DNA from: Alphaproteobacteria bacterium
GTDB taxonomy: Bacteria; Pseudomonadota; Alphaproteobacteria; UBA828
DNA: 64,000 nt
Reading direction: 5' to 3'
Assembly (NCBI GenBank): GCA_965221125.1
Contig: CBDCRW010000007.1
Location: forward strand, 352,001-416,000
The notes under the pieces were generated by a model, which saw nothing but the letters and a program-made list of their open reading frames with translations, did not search any database and was not told where the DNA came from. Positions 31,027-44,727 of the stretch are shown here, piece by piece. Position 1 is the stretch's first letter. Each line of letters starts with the position of its first letter. The translations under genes were made by a program, and so were the position numbers.

Positions 31027-31902
31027 ATGAGCGATCCGCCCGACAGCTACACGCAGCATGCGGCTCTCTTCACCAGGGTCTACGACCTGAACGATCCGAG
31101 CCCCTATTTCTCCACGCTGAGGCCGACCGGCTACCGGATGCCGGTGGCGCTGGCGGGCGCGCTGCGGGCGGTCCATGCGCCGCTCCGTGCCGCGCGCGGC
31201 GCGGAGGAGCGCCCGCGCGTGCTGGACTTCGCCTGCGGCTACGGCGTCATCGGCGCGCTGCTGCGCCACGACATCGCCATGCCGGAGATCTACGCCCGGT
31301 ACGGCGAGCGGCAGTGGCAGCCGGAGGACGGCCGGCGCTATTGGGAGGGGGATGCCGCGTTCTTCGGCGCCCGGCGGGCGGAGCGGGCTGCGTTCGAGAT
31401 CGGCGGTATCGACATTGCGGGGAACGCGCTCGACTACGCGTCCGCCTTGGGCTTCGTCGATCGGGCCTTTCACGAAGACCTCGTGGAGGACGCGCCGAGC
31501 GACGCCGTGCGGGACTTCCTTCGCGGCGTGGACCTGGTGGTCGAGAGCGGCGCGTTGGGCGTGATGCTGCCGGCCGCGTTCGCGCGGGTTCTCGATGGCG
31601 CCGGCGAGGCGCGGCCCTGGTTTCTCTACAGCCCCCGCCCCGACGTGAACTGGTCCGCGCTGAACGCGCTGTGGGCCGAGCGGGGCTACCGGGCGGAAAG
31701 CGTCTGCTCGCGGCCGGTGCGCTATCGCAGGCCGCTGGACGAGCAGGAGCGGGCGGACATGCTTCGCCGCTCGCGCGGGTTCGGCAAGGCGGACGAGACC
31801 ATCGTCCGCGACGGCTACTTCCTGGTCGACATGACCCTGGCGCGGCCCGAGGCCGATACCGGCAACCCGCCGATCGCCGCGCTGCGCCGGAGTTACGACT
31901 AA
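31027..31902 (+). CDS. SAM-dependent methyltransferase-like protein
   Basis: VLDFACGYG motif I; GGIDIAGNALDYA. Confidence 0.7.
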   Translation: MSDPPDSYTQHAALFTRVYDLNDPSPYFSTLRPTGYRMPVALAGALRAVHAPLRAARGAEERPRVLDFACGYGVIGALLRHDIAMPEIYARYGERQWQPEDGRRYWEGDAAFFGARRAERAAFEIGGIDIAGNALDYASALGFVDRAFHEDLVEDAPSDAVRDFLRGVDLVVESGALGVMLPAAFARVLDGAGEARPWFLYSPRPDVNWSALNALWAERGYRAESVCSRPVRYRRPLDEQERADMLRRSRGFGKADETIVRDGYFLVDMTLARPEADTGNPPIAALRRSYD

Positions 31903-31948
31903 GGCGGCCCTGCCCACTCCCCGGACGATGGTGCGGTGCACGGTGCTG

Positions 31949-32061
31949 CCCCACCTCCCCCTGTCCCCCTCCCCCCGGAGGGCGGAGGGGGAACGCAAGT
32001 CGGCACCGCCTGTTCTCCTTCTCCGCCCCTGGGGGCGGAGAGGGTCGGGGTGAGGTGGGGG
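31949..32061. repeat. REP-like family A core flanked by identical 24-bp direct repeats (31920-31943, 32113-32136)
   Basis: Core matches 602-717; CCCGGACGATGGTGCGGTGCACGG lies on both sides. Confidence 0.88.
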
Positions 32062-32353
32062 TGTTTTTCGTGGCGTCAACCTGCGCGCGTCACTGTTCAG
32101 CCGCGGGCGGGACCCGGACGATGGTGCGGTGCACGGCGCACGCCGGGCGCGTCAGCATGGCGTCATGAGACGTTGCGCCATGAACGAACTGCACTCCTGC
32201 CCGCCCGCCCCCGCACCGTGCTTCTGCGGGCACGAAAAAAATACAACTGTATCTGCGTGCGCGGCCCTGCGGGCGCTGGCGGCGTTCTCCGCGCCCGCAA
32301 CCCATTGGGTGCAAACGACTTTCTCTGCGGACGCGGCCTGCCGCCCCGGTCGG

Positions 32354-32470
32354 TCTTGTCTCGCTTTATCTCGCTTTGTCTCACTTTTATCTCGGTTTAT
32401 CTCACTTTCATCTCGGCTTGTCTCACTTTCATCTCGGCTTGTCCCGCCTTGAAATCTCGCCTTGTCTCGC
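32354..32470. repeat. Degenerate 10-11-bp tandem array (TCTCRSYTTR) with a 21-bp higher-order unit
   Basis: TCTC starts at 32359, 32369, 32379, 32390, 32400, 32411, 32421, 32432, 32455, 32465. Confidence 0.85.
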
Positions 32471-32548
32471 GAATTCCGACAAAAATGATGCGCGAAACGC
32501 GGGCCGGTCAGCCGGAGATCGAAGCTCGCTCGACGCGCGGTGCGGGAC

Positions 32549-36145
<3,597 letters not shown>

Positions 36146-36302
36146 GGGCGCCGTCCGTCGAACCGGCCCCATCGACCACAAAGGCGCGTCCATGTCCAAT
36201 CCGCAAGCCACGCCGTTCACTCCCGGATCACGTGGAAGTGGGATGCACGCGGTCCGGCCAATGCCTTAGGATGTGCGTGGCCCTGCGCCACGGAGGATTG
36301 CG

Positions 36303-37151
36303 ATGACCGCGCAGCTCGTCGATCGGATGGTGGGCATCGGAGACGGGATCGACCTGCACTACGTCGAGGCCGGCGAGGGCAGGCCGCTCATCATCATCCC
36401 CTCGTGGTCGCTCACCGGCGCGGCCTACCGGCACCAGCTTCAGGAGCTGTCGCGGACGCGGCGCGTGATGGCCTTCGACATGCGCGGCCACGGCGATTCG
36501 ACCACACCCGCCGGCGGCTACCGCGTGAGCCGGCTCGCGGCCGACCTGCGCGCCGTGATCGAGCGGCTGGAGCTCGACCGGGTCGATCTCATGGGCCACT
36601 CCATCGGCTCGTCGATCATCTGGAGCTACATCGACCTCTTCGGCGAGGACCGCCTCGGGCGCCTGGTGTTCGTGGACCAGGCGCCGTCGGTGACCGCGAA
36701 GGCCGACTGGTCGGCCGAAGAGCGCGTGACCTACGGCTGCCTGCTGCCGGACTTGGAAGCGCTCGCCGAGTTCTACCTCCAGGTGCTGGCGGCGGAGACG
36801 CCCGAGGCCACCGTGCCGGTGATCGCCCGCCTCTTCTCGCCGTCACTGTCGGCGGAAGAGCTGCTCTGGTTCGCCCGCGAGATCTGCAAGCTGCCGCGCC
36901 GGCACGCGGCCGACCTGCTCCACGATCACTGCGGGCTCGACTGGCGCGACGTGATCAGGCGGGTGCGGCGGCCGACCCTGGTGGTGGGCGCAGAGGCCAG
37001 CATCTTCTCGGCGGAGTCGCAGCACTGGATCGCGGCGCAGATCCCCGGCGCGGAGGTGGAGATCTTCAAGGCCGGCGAGGGCGGCTCGCACTTCATGTGC
37101 TACGAGAACCCGACCAAGTTCAACGCGCTGGTGGAGGCGTTCCTTGCCTGA
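36303..37151 (+). CDS. Alpha/beta hydrolase (non-heme haloperoxidase-like)
   Basis: DMRGHGDS, GHSIG, GGSHF..ENP.KFN. Confidence 0.88.
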   Translation: MTAQLVDRMVGIGDGIDLHYVEAGEGRPLIIIPSWSLTGAAYRHQLQELSRTRRVMAFDMRGHGDSTTPAGGYRVSRLAADLRAVIERLELDRVDLMGHSIGSSIIWSYIDLFGEDRLGRLVFVDQAPSVTAKADWSAEERVTYGCLLPDLEALAEFYLQVLAAETPEATVPVIARLFSPSLSAEELLWFAREICKLPRRHAADLLHDHCGLDWRDVIRRVRRPTLVVGAEASIFSAESQHWIAAQIPGAEVEIFKAGEGGSHFMCYENPTKFNALVEAFLA

Positions 37152-37352
37152 GCACGGGTTCGCGCTCTCGCCTCGCCGGCCCTTCCTGCCACTCCAGCGA
37201 GCCGGCCCTCGTGGCCCGCGAGGGCGGAGCCGTGACTTGCCGGGACGAACGGGGATATATCAGGGCACGCCGCCGCGCCTCACAGGTCGGCCGGCCGGCG
37301 ACGGCGTCTTGCGCTCCGGTCGGGGCGGACATCACGAGCAAGGGAGACTTTC

Positions 37353-38318
37353 ATGCAACTGAGCAGGGACGAGCTGCTGAAGGCGTATCGCACGATGGCG
37401 GCGGCGCGGCACTTCGAGGACAGCGTCTTCGAGGCGTTCTCGGACGGGAAGATTCCCGGATTCGTCCACCTTTCCGCCGGGCAGGAAGCGACGGCGGCCG
37501 GCGTCTACATGGCGCTGGACGAGCGGGACTGGATCGCCACCACCCACCGCGCCCACGGCCAATGCATCGCCCGCGGCCTGGACCTGCAGGAAACCATGGA
37601 CGAGATCTACGGCGCGACCACCGGCGTCTGCGGCGGCAAGGGCGGCTCGATGCACATCGCCGACCTCGACAAGGGGATGCTGGGCGCGAACGGGATCATC
37701 GGCGCGACCGGCCCGCTCGCGGTGGGCGCCGGCCTCTCCGCCAGAGCCAAGGGCGAGAACGGCGTGGCCGTGGCCTTCTACGGCGACGGCGGCTCCAACC
37801 AGGGCCTGATCTTCGAGGCCTACAACCTCGCGAATATCTGGAAGCTGCCCGTGATCTTCATCTGCGAAGACAACGGCTACGCCGAGGCGACGCCTTCGTC
37901 CTACTCGGTGGCGGGCTCGCAGGTGGCGCGCGCGAACGGGTTCGGCATGCCGGCGGTCGAGGTCGACGGGTTCGACTTCTTCGCCATCTACGACGCGACG
38001 CGGGAGGCGGTCGAGCGCGCCCGCAACGGCGAGGGCCCGAGCCTGATGCACATCAAGACCGCCCGCTTCTACGGCCACTTCGTCGGCGACGCGCAGACCT
38101 ACCGGGCCGATGGCGAGATCGACGATCTCCGCGCCGAGAAGGACTGCTTGCGGCTGTTCCGCGAGAAGGTGGTCGAGACCGGCCTGCTGACCGGCGAACA
38201 GCTCGACGAGATCTACGAAGAGGAGAAGAAGCGGATCCAGGATGCCGCCTCGGCCGCTCAGGCCGCGCCCCGTGCCACCGAAGCCGACCTCATGACCGAC
38301 GTCTACAGCTCTTACTGA
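37353..38318 (+). CDS. acoA: TPP-dependent dehydrogenase E1 alpha (acetoin dehydrogenase AcoA-like)
   Basis: [44 protein letters not shown]. Confidence 0.8.
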   Translation: MQLSRDELLKAYRTMAAARHFEDSVFEAFSDGKIPGFVHLSAGQEATAAGVYMALDERDWIATTHRAHGQCIARGLDLQETMDEIYGATTGVCGGKGGSMHIADLDKGMLGANGIIGATGPLAVGAGLSARAKGENGVAVAFYGDGGSNQGLIFEAYNLANIWKLPVIFICEDNGYAEATPSSYSVAGSQVARANGFGMPAVEVDGFDFFAIYDATREAVERARNGEGPSLMHIKTARFYGHFVGDAQTYRADGEIDDLRAEKDCLRLFREKVVETGLLTGEQLDEIYEEEKKRIQDAASAAQAAPRATEADLMTDVYSSY

Positions 38319-38333
38319 ACGGGAGTACCGATT

Positions 38334-39338
38334 GTGCCTAGAAAATCCTACAGGGCCGCCATCAACGAGGCGATGGCCGGCGAGATGCGCCGCGACCCCT
38401 CGGTCATCGTGATGGGCGAGGACGTGTCCGGCGGCACCGGCGCGCCCGGCGAGGACGATGCCTGGGGCGGCCCGCTGGGCGTCACCAAGGGGCTTCACAC
38501 CGAGTTCGGACCGATGCGGGTGCTGGATACGCCGATCGCGGAGGGCGGCTTCATCGGTGCGGCGGCCGGCGCTGCGGTGACCGGCATGCGCCCCATCGTC
38601 GATCTGATGTTCGTGGACTTCCTCGGGGTCTGCTTCGACGCGATCTACAACCAGGCAGGAAAATTCCGCTACATGTTCGGCGGCAAGGCGGAGACGCCGC
38701 TGGTGGTGCGGACGATGTACGGCGCGGGGCTCAGGGCCGCATCGCAGCACAGCCAGGTGCTCTATTCGCTCTTCGCCCATGTGCCGGGCGTGAAGGTGGT
38801 CGTCCCCTCCAACCCCTATGACGCCAAGGGGCTGATGATCCAGTCCATTCGCGACAACGACCCCGTCGTCTTCTTCGAGCACAAGGCGATGTACGACGAC
38901 GAGGCGGAGGTTCCCGACGAGGCCTACACGGTCCCCTTCGGCGAGGCCAACGTGGTGCGTGAGGGCGACGACGTCACCATCGTCGCGATCGGCAAGATGG
39001 TGCACCTGGCCGACCAGGCCGCCGACAACCTGGCGAACGACGGCATCTCGTGCACGGTGATCGACCCGCGCACGGTCTCGCCCCTGGACGAGGAAACCAT
39101 CCTGGAGGAGGTCGAGGCGACCGGCCGCCTGGTCGTGGTGGACGAGAGCCATCCGCGCTGCTCCATGGCGGCGGACATCTCGTCCATCGTGGCCCAGAAG
39201 GCGTTCTCGTCGCTGAAGGCCGCGATCGAGAAGGTGACGGCGCCGCACTGCCCGGTCCCGTTCGCGCCCGAGCTCGAGGACCTCTACATCCCCAAGGTCG
39301 AGGATGTCGAAGCTGCCGTTCGCCGGACCATGGCCTGA
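38334..39338 (+). CDS. acoB: E1 beta (acetoin dehydrogenase AcoB-like)
   Basis: DAWGGPLGVTKGL, YMFGGKAETP, QHSQ, PVPF. Confidence 0.8.
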   Translation: MPRKSYRAAINEAMAGEMRRDPSVIVMGEDVSGGTGAPGEDDAWGGPLGVTKGLHTEFGPMRVLDTPIAEGGFIGAAAGAAVTGMRPIVDLMFVDFLGVCFDAIYNQAGKFRYMFGGKAETPLVVRTMYGAGLRAASQHSQVLYSLFAHVPGVKVVVPSNPYDAKGLMIQSIRDNDPVVFFEHKAMYDDEAEVPDEAYTVPFGEANVVREGDDVTIVAIGKMVHLADQAADNLANDGISCTVIDPRTVSPLDEETILEEVEATGRLVVVDESHPRCSMAADISSIVAQKAFSSLKAAIEKVTAPHCPVPFAPELEDLYIPKVEDVEAAVRRTMA

Positions 39339-39481
39339 GTGCGGTCGGCCCCGGCCGGGCGGTGCGCGCGGTTTGACAGGTTTCGGCCTTTTTCCTAGCG
39401 TCGCGCCCGCCGGTGCGGGGCTCGTCGGCGGCGGGGGAGGGCCCAGCGGATGGCCCAGGGGATAGCCCAAGGAATTGCAAT

Positions 39482-40162
39482 GTGACGATCGGCGCGGTCC
39501 TTCCGATCAAGGACTTCGGCCACGCCAAGCAGCGGCTGGCGGGCTTTCTCGGCGCGGCCGAGCGCCGGCTGCTGTGCGCGGCGATGGCCGAGGACGTGCT
39601 GGCGACTCTCTCTCAGGCGCCGGCCCTGTCCGACATCGTCGTGGTGACGCGGGACGCGCGGGCGGAAGCGCTCGCCGCCCGCCACGGCGCACGCGTGCTC
39701 AGAGAACCCTCCAACGATGGCCAGAGCGCAGCCGTGGAAAGGGCCGCCCAAGCATTGAGCCATGCCGGGGCGGAAAGCCTGCTCCAGTTGCCGGGCGACG
39801 TGCCCGGTGCGAGCCCGGACGAGATTGACGCGGTGCTCGCGGCACACGCGGGCGGGGACGACGGCGGATCGGCGGTGACGCTGGTGCCGTCGCACGACCG
39901 GCGCGGCACCAACTGCGTGGCGTGCTCGCCGCCGGGGGCGCTGCCCTTCGCCTTCGGCCACGACAGTTTCGGGCCGCACCGCGAGGCGGCGTGGGCGCAG
40001 GGCATCGCGCCGACGATTCTCGCGCTGCCGGGCCTCGGCCTCGATATCGACACGCCCGACGATCTGCGCGCTTTCATGGCGCGGCCGGCCGCTGGCTGCA
40101 CTCTCGACTACCTCCGCGAGAGCGGTATCGCCGCGCGGCTCCTGGTTACCGACGCGGCCTGA
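39482..40162 (+). CDS. cofC: 2-phospho-L-lactate/PEP guanylyltransferase CofC (FbiD)
   Basis: LPIKDF..AKQRL, MAEDVL, PGDVP, GTN, FGHDSF..H, DIDTPDDL. Confidence 0.9.
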   Translation: MTIGAVLPIKDFGHAKQRLAGFLGAAERRLLCAAMAEDVLATLSQAPALSDIVVVTRDARAEALAARHGARVLREPSNDGQSAAVERAAQALSHAGAESLLQLPGDVPGASPDEIDAVLAAHAGGDDGGSAVTLVPSHDRRGTNCVACSPPGALPFAFGHDSFGPHREAAWAQGIAPTILALPGLGLDIDTPDDLRAFMARPAAGCTLDYLRESGIAARLLVTDAA

Positions 40163-40167
40163 GGCGG

Positions 40168-42636
40168 ATGCACGACGCCACCCGCGATTTGCTCGAGGCT
40201 GTGCTGGACGGCCGCCGCCCGGATGCGGCGGAGGCTCTCGCGCTCGCCGCCGAGGACGACCTGGCGCCGCTGCTCGACTGCGCGGCAACGCTGCGCGACC
40301 GGGCGCACCCCGACATCGTGACGTACTCGCGCAAGGTCTTCATCCCGCTCACCCATCTCTGTCGCGACGTCTGCCACTACTGCACCTTCGCCCGCCCGCC
40401 GCGCCGGGGCGAGACGGCGTTCATGACGCCGGAAGAGGTGCTGCAGGTGGCGCAGGCCGGCGCCGAAGCCGGCTGCAAGGAGGCGCTGTTCACCCTCGGC
40501 GACAAGCCCGAATTACGATATCGCGCGGCGCGCGAAGGGCTTGCGGCTCTGGGTTACGAGAGCACGCTCGCCTACCTCGCCGACATGGCGAAGCTGGTGC
40601 TGGAGAAGACGCCGCTGCTGCCGCACCTCAATCCCGGCGTGCTGGGCCGCGAAGACCTGCAGGCGTTGCGCATGGTCTCGGCCTCGCAGGGCATGATGCT
40701 GGAGAGTGCGTCCGAGCGGCTGTCCGCCAAGGGCGGGCCTCACTACGGCTCGCCGGACAAGCGGCCTGCGGCGCGGCTCGAGACGCTGCGCCTGGCGGGC
40801 GAGGAGGCGGTGCCGTTTACCTCCGGCATCCTCATCGGCATCGGCGAGACGCGGGAGGAGCGGATCGAGGCGCTGCTTGCGCTGCGCGATGCCCACGACG
40901 CGCACGGGCACATCCAGGAGATCATCGTCCAGAATTTTCGGGCCAAGCCGGGGACGCGGATGGCCGATGCGCCCGAGCCGAGTCTGGACGAGCTGCTCTG
41001 GACCATCGCGGCGGCGCGCATCCTCTTCGGGCCGGAGGCGAGCATCCAGGCGCCGCCCAATCTGAGCCCCGGCGCGCTGCCGCAGCTGGTGGCGGCGGGA
41101 ATCAACGACTGGGGCGGCGTCTCGCCGGTGACGCAGGACTACGTCAATCCCGAGGCGCCGTGGCCGCACCTCGACGCGCTCGCCCGCGAGACAGCTTCCG
41201 CCGGCAAGACGCTGGCCGAGCGGCTCACGATCTATCCGTCCTACGTGCGTTCCGGCGAGCGCTGGCTCGATCCGGCGTTGCGCGAGCGGGTGCTGAAGAT
41301 GGTCGACTCTTCCGGCTATCCCCGCACCGATCCCTGGGTGACGGGCGCGGGCGAGGCGCCGGCGAAGGATACCGCGCCGGCACCGGCCATCGTGGCGCCC
41401 GATATCGAGCGCTTGCTGGCGCGCGCCGATGCGGGCCAGGGGCTCGGCGAGGACGAGCTGGTGCGGCTCTTCGAGGCGCGTGGCGGGGCCTTCGATGCGG
41501 TGTGCGCCGCCGCCGACGAGGTGCGCGCCAGGGTCAGCGGGCCACAGGTCAGCTACGTGGTGAACCGCAACATCAACTACACCAACGTCTGCTATTTCCG
41601 CTGCCAGTTCTGCGCCTTCTCCAAGGGCAAGCTGAGCGAGAACCTGCGCGGCCGCCCGTACGACCTGCCGCTGGACGAGATCGTGCGGCGAGTGCGCGAG
41701 GCCTGGGATCGCGGTGCGACCGAGGTCTGCCTCCAGGGCGGCATCCATCCCGACTACACCGGCGAGACCTATCTCGCGATCTGCCGTGCCATCAAGCAGG
41801 CGGAACCCGCGATCCACGTCCACGCCTTCTCGCCGCTGGAGATCTGGCAGGGGGCGGCGACGCTAGGCCGCACGGTTCCGGACTTCCTCGCGGAGCTGCA
41901 GGAGGCCGGGCTGGGTTCGCTGCCCGGCACCGCCGCCGAAATCCTCGACGACGAGGTGCGCGCCGTCATCTGCCCCGACAAGATCGTCACCGACCAGTGG
42001 CTCTCGGTGATGGAGGCGGCGCATGGGCTGGGGCTCCGCAGCACCGCCACGATCATGTTCGGCCACGTCGACGCGCCGCGGCACTGGGCGCGGCACTTGG
42101 CTCGGGTCCGTGCCTTGCAGGAGCGCACCGGCGGCTTCACCGAGTTCGTGCCGCTCCCCTTCGTCGCGATGGAGGCGCCGCTCTACCTCAAGGGACGCGC
42201 CCGGCGCGGGCCGACCTGGCGCGAAGCCGTGCTCATGCACGCGGTGGCGCGGCTTGCCTTGCATCCCGTCATCGACAACATCCAGACCTCGTGGGTGAAG
42301 ATGGGGCGGGAGGGTGCCGCCGCCTGCCTCACGGCCGGCGCCAACGACATCGGCGGCACGCTGATGAACGAATCGATCACCCGCGCCGCAGGCGCCAGCC
42401 ACGGGCAGGAGTTTCCCCCGGCGGAGATCGAGGCCCTGGTCGAAGGACTGGGGCGCACGCCGGTGCAGCGCACGACGCTCTACGAACCGGCACCGGCCGC
42501 GCGCCGAGCCGCCGCACGCGCCGCAGCGCCGCTCGCCCCGGTCGTGAACGCGCCCGCCCGCCGCTACGAGCGGCGGGCCGCGCCGGGCGATCTGGTGCGT
42601 CCCGGCTTCGAAGCCACCGCACCGGCGGGGGAGTGA
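40168..42636 (+). CDS. fbiC: FO synthase, fused CofG-CofH (FbiC)
   Basis: Two radical SAM motifs, CRDVCHYC and CYFRCQFC; TYSRKVFIPLT; NRNINYTN; GGTLMNESI. Confidence 0.95.
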   Translation: MHDATRDLLEAVLDGRRPDAAEALALAAEDDLAPLLDCAATLRDRAHPDIVTYSRKVFIPLTHLCRDVCHYCTFARPPRRGETAFMTPEEVLQVAQAGAEAGCKEALFTLGDKPELRYRAAREGLAALGYESTLAYLADMAKLVLEKTPLLPHLNPGVLGREDLQALRMVSASQGMMLESASERLSAKGGPHYGSPDKRPAARLETLRLAGEEAVPFTSGILIGIGETREERIEALLALRDAHDAHGHIQEIIVQNFRAKPGTRMADAPEPSLDELLWTIAAARILFGPEASIQAPPNLSPGALPQLVAAGINDWGGVSPVTQDYVNPEAPWPHLDALARETASAGKTLAERLTIYPSYVRSGERWLDPALRERVLKMVDSSGYPRTDPWVTGAGEAPAKDTAPAPAIVAPDIERLLARADAGQGLGEDELVRLFEARGGAFDAVCAAADEVRARVSGPQVSYVVNRNINYTNVCYFRCQFCAFSKGKLSENLRGRPYDLPLDEIVRRVREAWDRGATEVCLQGGIHPDYTGETYLAICRAIKQAEPAIHVHAFSPLEIWQGAATLGRTVPDFLAELQEAGLGSLPGTAAEILDDEVRAVICPDKIVTDQWLSVMEAAHGLGLRSTATIMFGHVDAPRHWARHLARVRALQERTGGFTEFVPLPFVAMEAPLYLKGRARRGPTWREAVLMHAVARLALHPVIDNIQTSWVKMGREGAAACLTAGANDIGGTLMNESITRAAGASHGQEFPPAEIEALVEGLGRTPVQRTTLYEPAPAARRAAARAAAPLAPVVNAPARRYERRAAPGDLVRPGFEATAPAGE

Positions 42637-42681
42637 GGGACGGCGCTCGTCGTCAGCTTTTTCATCCTTGTTGTGCACGAG

Positions 42682-43038
42682 TCATGGTTCTTGGTCTCCG
42701 AGCAGCCGGACCAGCATGTGACGAACGTGATCCTGCCCACCGAAGAACACCGCCAGCACTCGGACCATTTCATGCCCCTCGTCAACATCGAACCGGTAGA
42801 TCGCCCGATCGATAGCGAGATGCCGCAAGCCGGGCAGGATGTCGTCGTGGCTCTCGCCCCGGTGCGGGGCGGGTAAGATACGTTCTGCTGAAGCACGGAT
42901 TTCCAGAACCCGTGCCTCCGCACGATCCAGCGCGCTCTCCGGGCTCTCGCCGAAATCCAGGTAACTTTGAAAGAGATGGTCGAAGATCAGTTCGAAGTCG
43001 CGTTCGGCCTCGGCCGAGAACTCAAGACGATATGCCAT
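42682..43038 (-). CDS. ParE/RelE-family toxin
   Basis: YRLEFSAEAERDF...PHRG...PGLRH...VRVLAVFFGGQD. Confidence 0.88.
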   Translation of the reverse strand: MAYRLEFSAEAERDFELIFDHLFQSYLDFGESPESALDRAEARVLEIRASAERILPAPHRGESHDDILPGLRHLAIDRAIYRFDVDEGHEMVRVLAVFFGGQDHVRHMLVRLLGDQEP

Positions 43039-43297
43039 GCGCGCGGCGTTTTTCGGCAATCAGCTCGGCGAGCCGCGCGTCCATTTGTTTCCCGCTCACG
43101 AACTCTCCCTCGCGGCGATGCGTCAGGAGCGCGCGTAGCGCCGCGGTTTCCACGTCCTGGGCGTCCGTCCGCTGGCGCAGCAATTCGACGCCTTGCTGCA
43201 GGACCGCGCTGAGACTGGCGTAGCGCCCTGCCTCGACCAGCGCCTTGGCAAAGGCATGCTGCTCGTCGGTGAGGGAAATCGAGGACTTGACCGTCAC
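43022..43297 (-). CDS. ParD-like ribbon-helix-helix antitoxin
   Basis: SISLTDEQ..F...LVEAGRYASLSAVLQQGVELL; overlaps the toxin start. Confidence 0.88.
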   Translation of the reverse strand: MTVKSSISLTDEQHAFAKALVEAGRYASLSAVLQQGVELLRQRTDAQDVETAALRALLTHRREGEFVSGKQMDARLAELIAEKRRAHGISS

Positions 43298-43444
43298 GGG
43301 AGCCTCCCTGGGACAAAGGTAATACTCAGTAGCACCGAGGTCAACGGACACGCAGCACCCAACGCTTCCCGTCGGGAGTGAGGCCCAACCGTGTGATAGG
43401 CTCGGCCCGCGCGCAGCGGCGGCCACGAGGGAGGGATAGCGACC

Positions 43445-43900
43445 ATGGCGGGCTTCACGATTACCTCGACCAACCACACGAGCTTCACGGTTTCCAGCCT
43501 CGACCGGGCGATCGGCCTGTTTCGCGACGCCCTGGGCTTCACGCTGCTGAACCGCTCGCCGCGCGATCCCAAGTTCATCGAGCAGGTGGTGGGCGTCGAG
43601 GGCGCTGACATCGAGGTCGCCTACCTGCAGGCGCCGGGTCACCGGCTCGAGCTGATCGAGTACCTGGGCCCGGCCGACCGCGGCCGGGTCGACTCGCGGC
43701 CCTGCGACGCGGGCTTCGCCCACATCGCCTTCGACGTCGACGATATTCACGAGGCCATTGCGGCCGTCCGCGCCGCCGGCTCCGAGCCCATGGGCGCGCC
43801 GATCACCGTCAATGCGGGGCCCAACAAGGGCGGCCTCGTCGTCTACACGCGCGATCCCGACGGCATCACGGTCGAGTTCATCCAGAGGCCGAAGCAGTAG
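43445..43900 (+). CDS. VOC/glyoxalase family protein
   Basis: NHTSFTV, LELIEY, HIAFDV, DPDGITVEF. Confidence 0.9.
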   Translation: MAGFTITSTNHTSFTVSSLDRAIGLFRDALGFTLLNRSPRDPKFIEQVVGVEGADIEVAYLQAPGHRLELIEYLGPADRGRVDSRPCDAGFAHIAFDVDDIHEAIAAVRAAGSEPMGAPITVNAGPNKGGLVVYTRDPDGITVEFIQRPKQ

Positions 43901-44517
43901 TGTTCTACGAGACCGCGCGCAACGATCACGGCCTGTCGCACGACCCCTTCAAGTCCTGCGTGGTGCCGCGCCCGATCGGCTGGATTGCCACGGTCGATAC
44001 CGCCGGCGTTCTCAACCTCGCGCCCTTCAGCTACTTCAACGCCTGCGGCGATCACCCGCCGCAGGTGATGTACGCGCCGAGCGGATCGCACGTCGAGGGC
44101 GGCGCCAAGGACAGCCTGCAGAACGTGCAGGAGACCGGCGAGTTCGTCGCCAGCCTCGCGACCTGGGAGCAGCGCGAGGCGATGCGCCTCTCGTCCAGCC
44201 ACGTGCGGCGCAGCGTCGACGAGTTCGCGCTGGCCGGGCTCGAGACCGAGCCGGCCCGCCTCGTGCGCCCGCCGCGCGTCAAGGGCGCGCCCATCCACCT
44301 CGAATGCCGGCTCCACAAGGTGATCGAGCTGCTGGCCGACGATCCCGCGCGGTTCCGCAACTGGATCGTGGTGGGCCAGGTCGCGGGCATTCATATCGAC
44401 GATTCCGTCATCACTGCGGGACGGGTGGACCAGTCGAAGTTCCGCCCCATCGCGCGGCTCGGCTACGCCGACTACACCACAGTGGACAGCCGTTTCGAGA
44501 TGCCGTTCCCGGACTGA
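43900..44517 (+). CDS. Flavin reductase-like (FMN-binding split barrel) protein
   Basis: VVPRPIGWI, NLAPFSYFN, KDSL.N, PIARLG. Confidence 0.9.
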   Translation: MFYETARNDHGLSHDPFKSCVVPRPIGWIATVDTAGVLNLAPFSYFNACGDHPPQVMYAPSGSHVEGGAKDSLQNVQETGEFVASLATWEQREAMRLSSSHVRRSVDEFALAGLETEPARLVRPPRVKGAPIHLECRLHKVIELLADDPARFRNWIVVGQVAGIHIDDSVITAGRVDQSKFRPIARLGYADYTTVDSRFEMPFPD

Positions 44518-44556
44518 AGCGTTTCCGTCTGAGACGGAAACGCTTCAGTTTTTCTT
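44514..44556 (+). terminator. Intrinsic terminator-like hairpin
   Basis: Perfect 16-bp stem CTGAAGCGTTTCCGTC/GACGGAAACGCTTCAG followed by TTTTTCTT. Confidence 0.75.
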
Positions 44557-44727
44557 GTCGCTCACGGTAGCCGGCCTACAGCCGGCGCCTGCGCGGGCGC
44601 GCCGCATTTGCGGCGGGCCGCTATCGCGGCCTGTCGCGCGTCAAAGAAAGATGGACGCGCTCCAAGATTACGCGTCCGGGACACAAGACCTTGCATATCG
44701 GCGCGGCTGCGCCTACAACGTGTAGCG

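Noticed and set aside
32354-32470. Possible CRISPR array
   Set aside because: Units are 10-21 bp and contiguous with no spacers; no cas genes
30917-32540. tRNA-Leu as an integration site for an island
   Set aside because: No integrase and no duplicated tRNA 3' end noticed in the window
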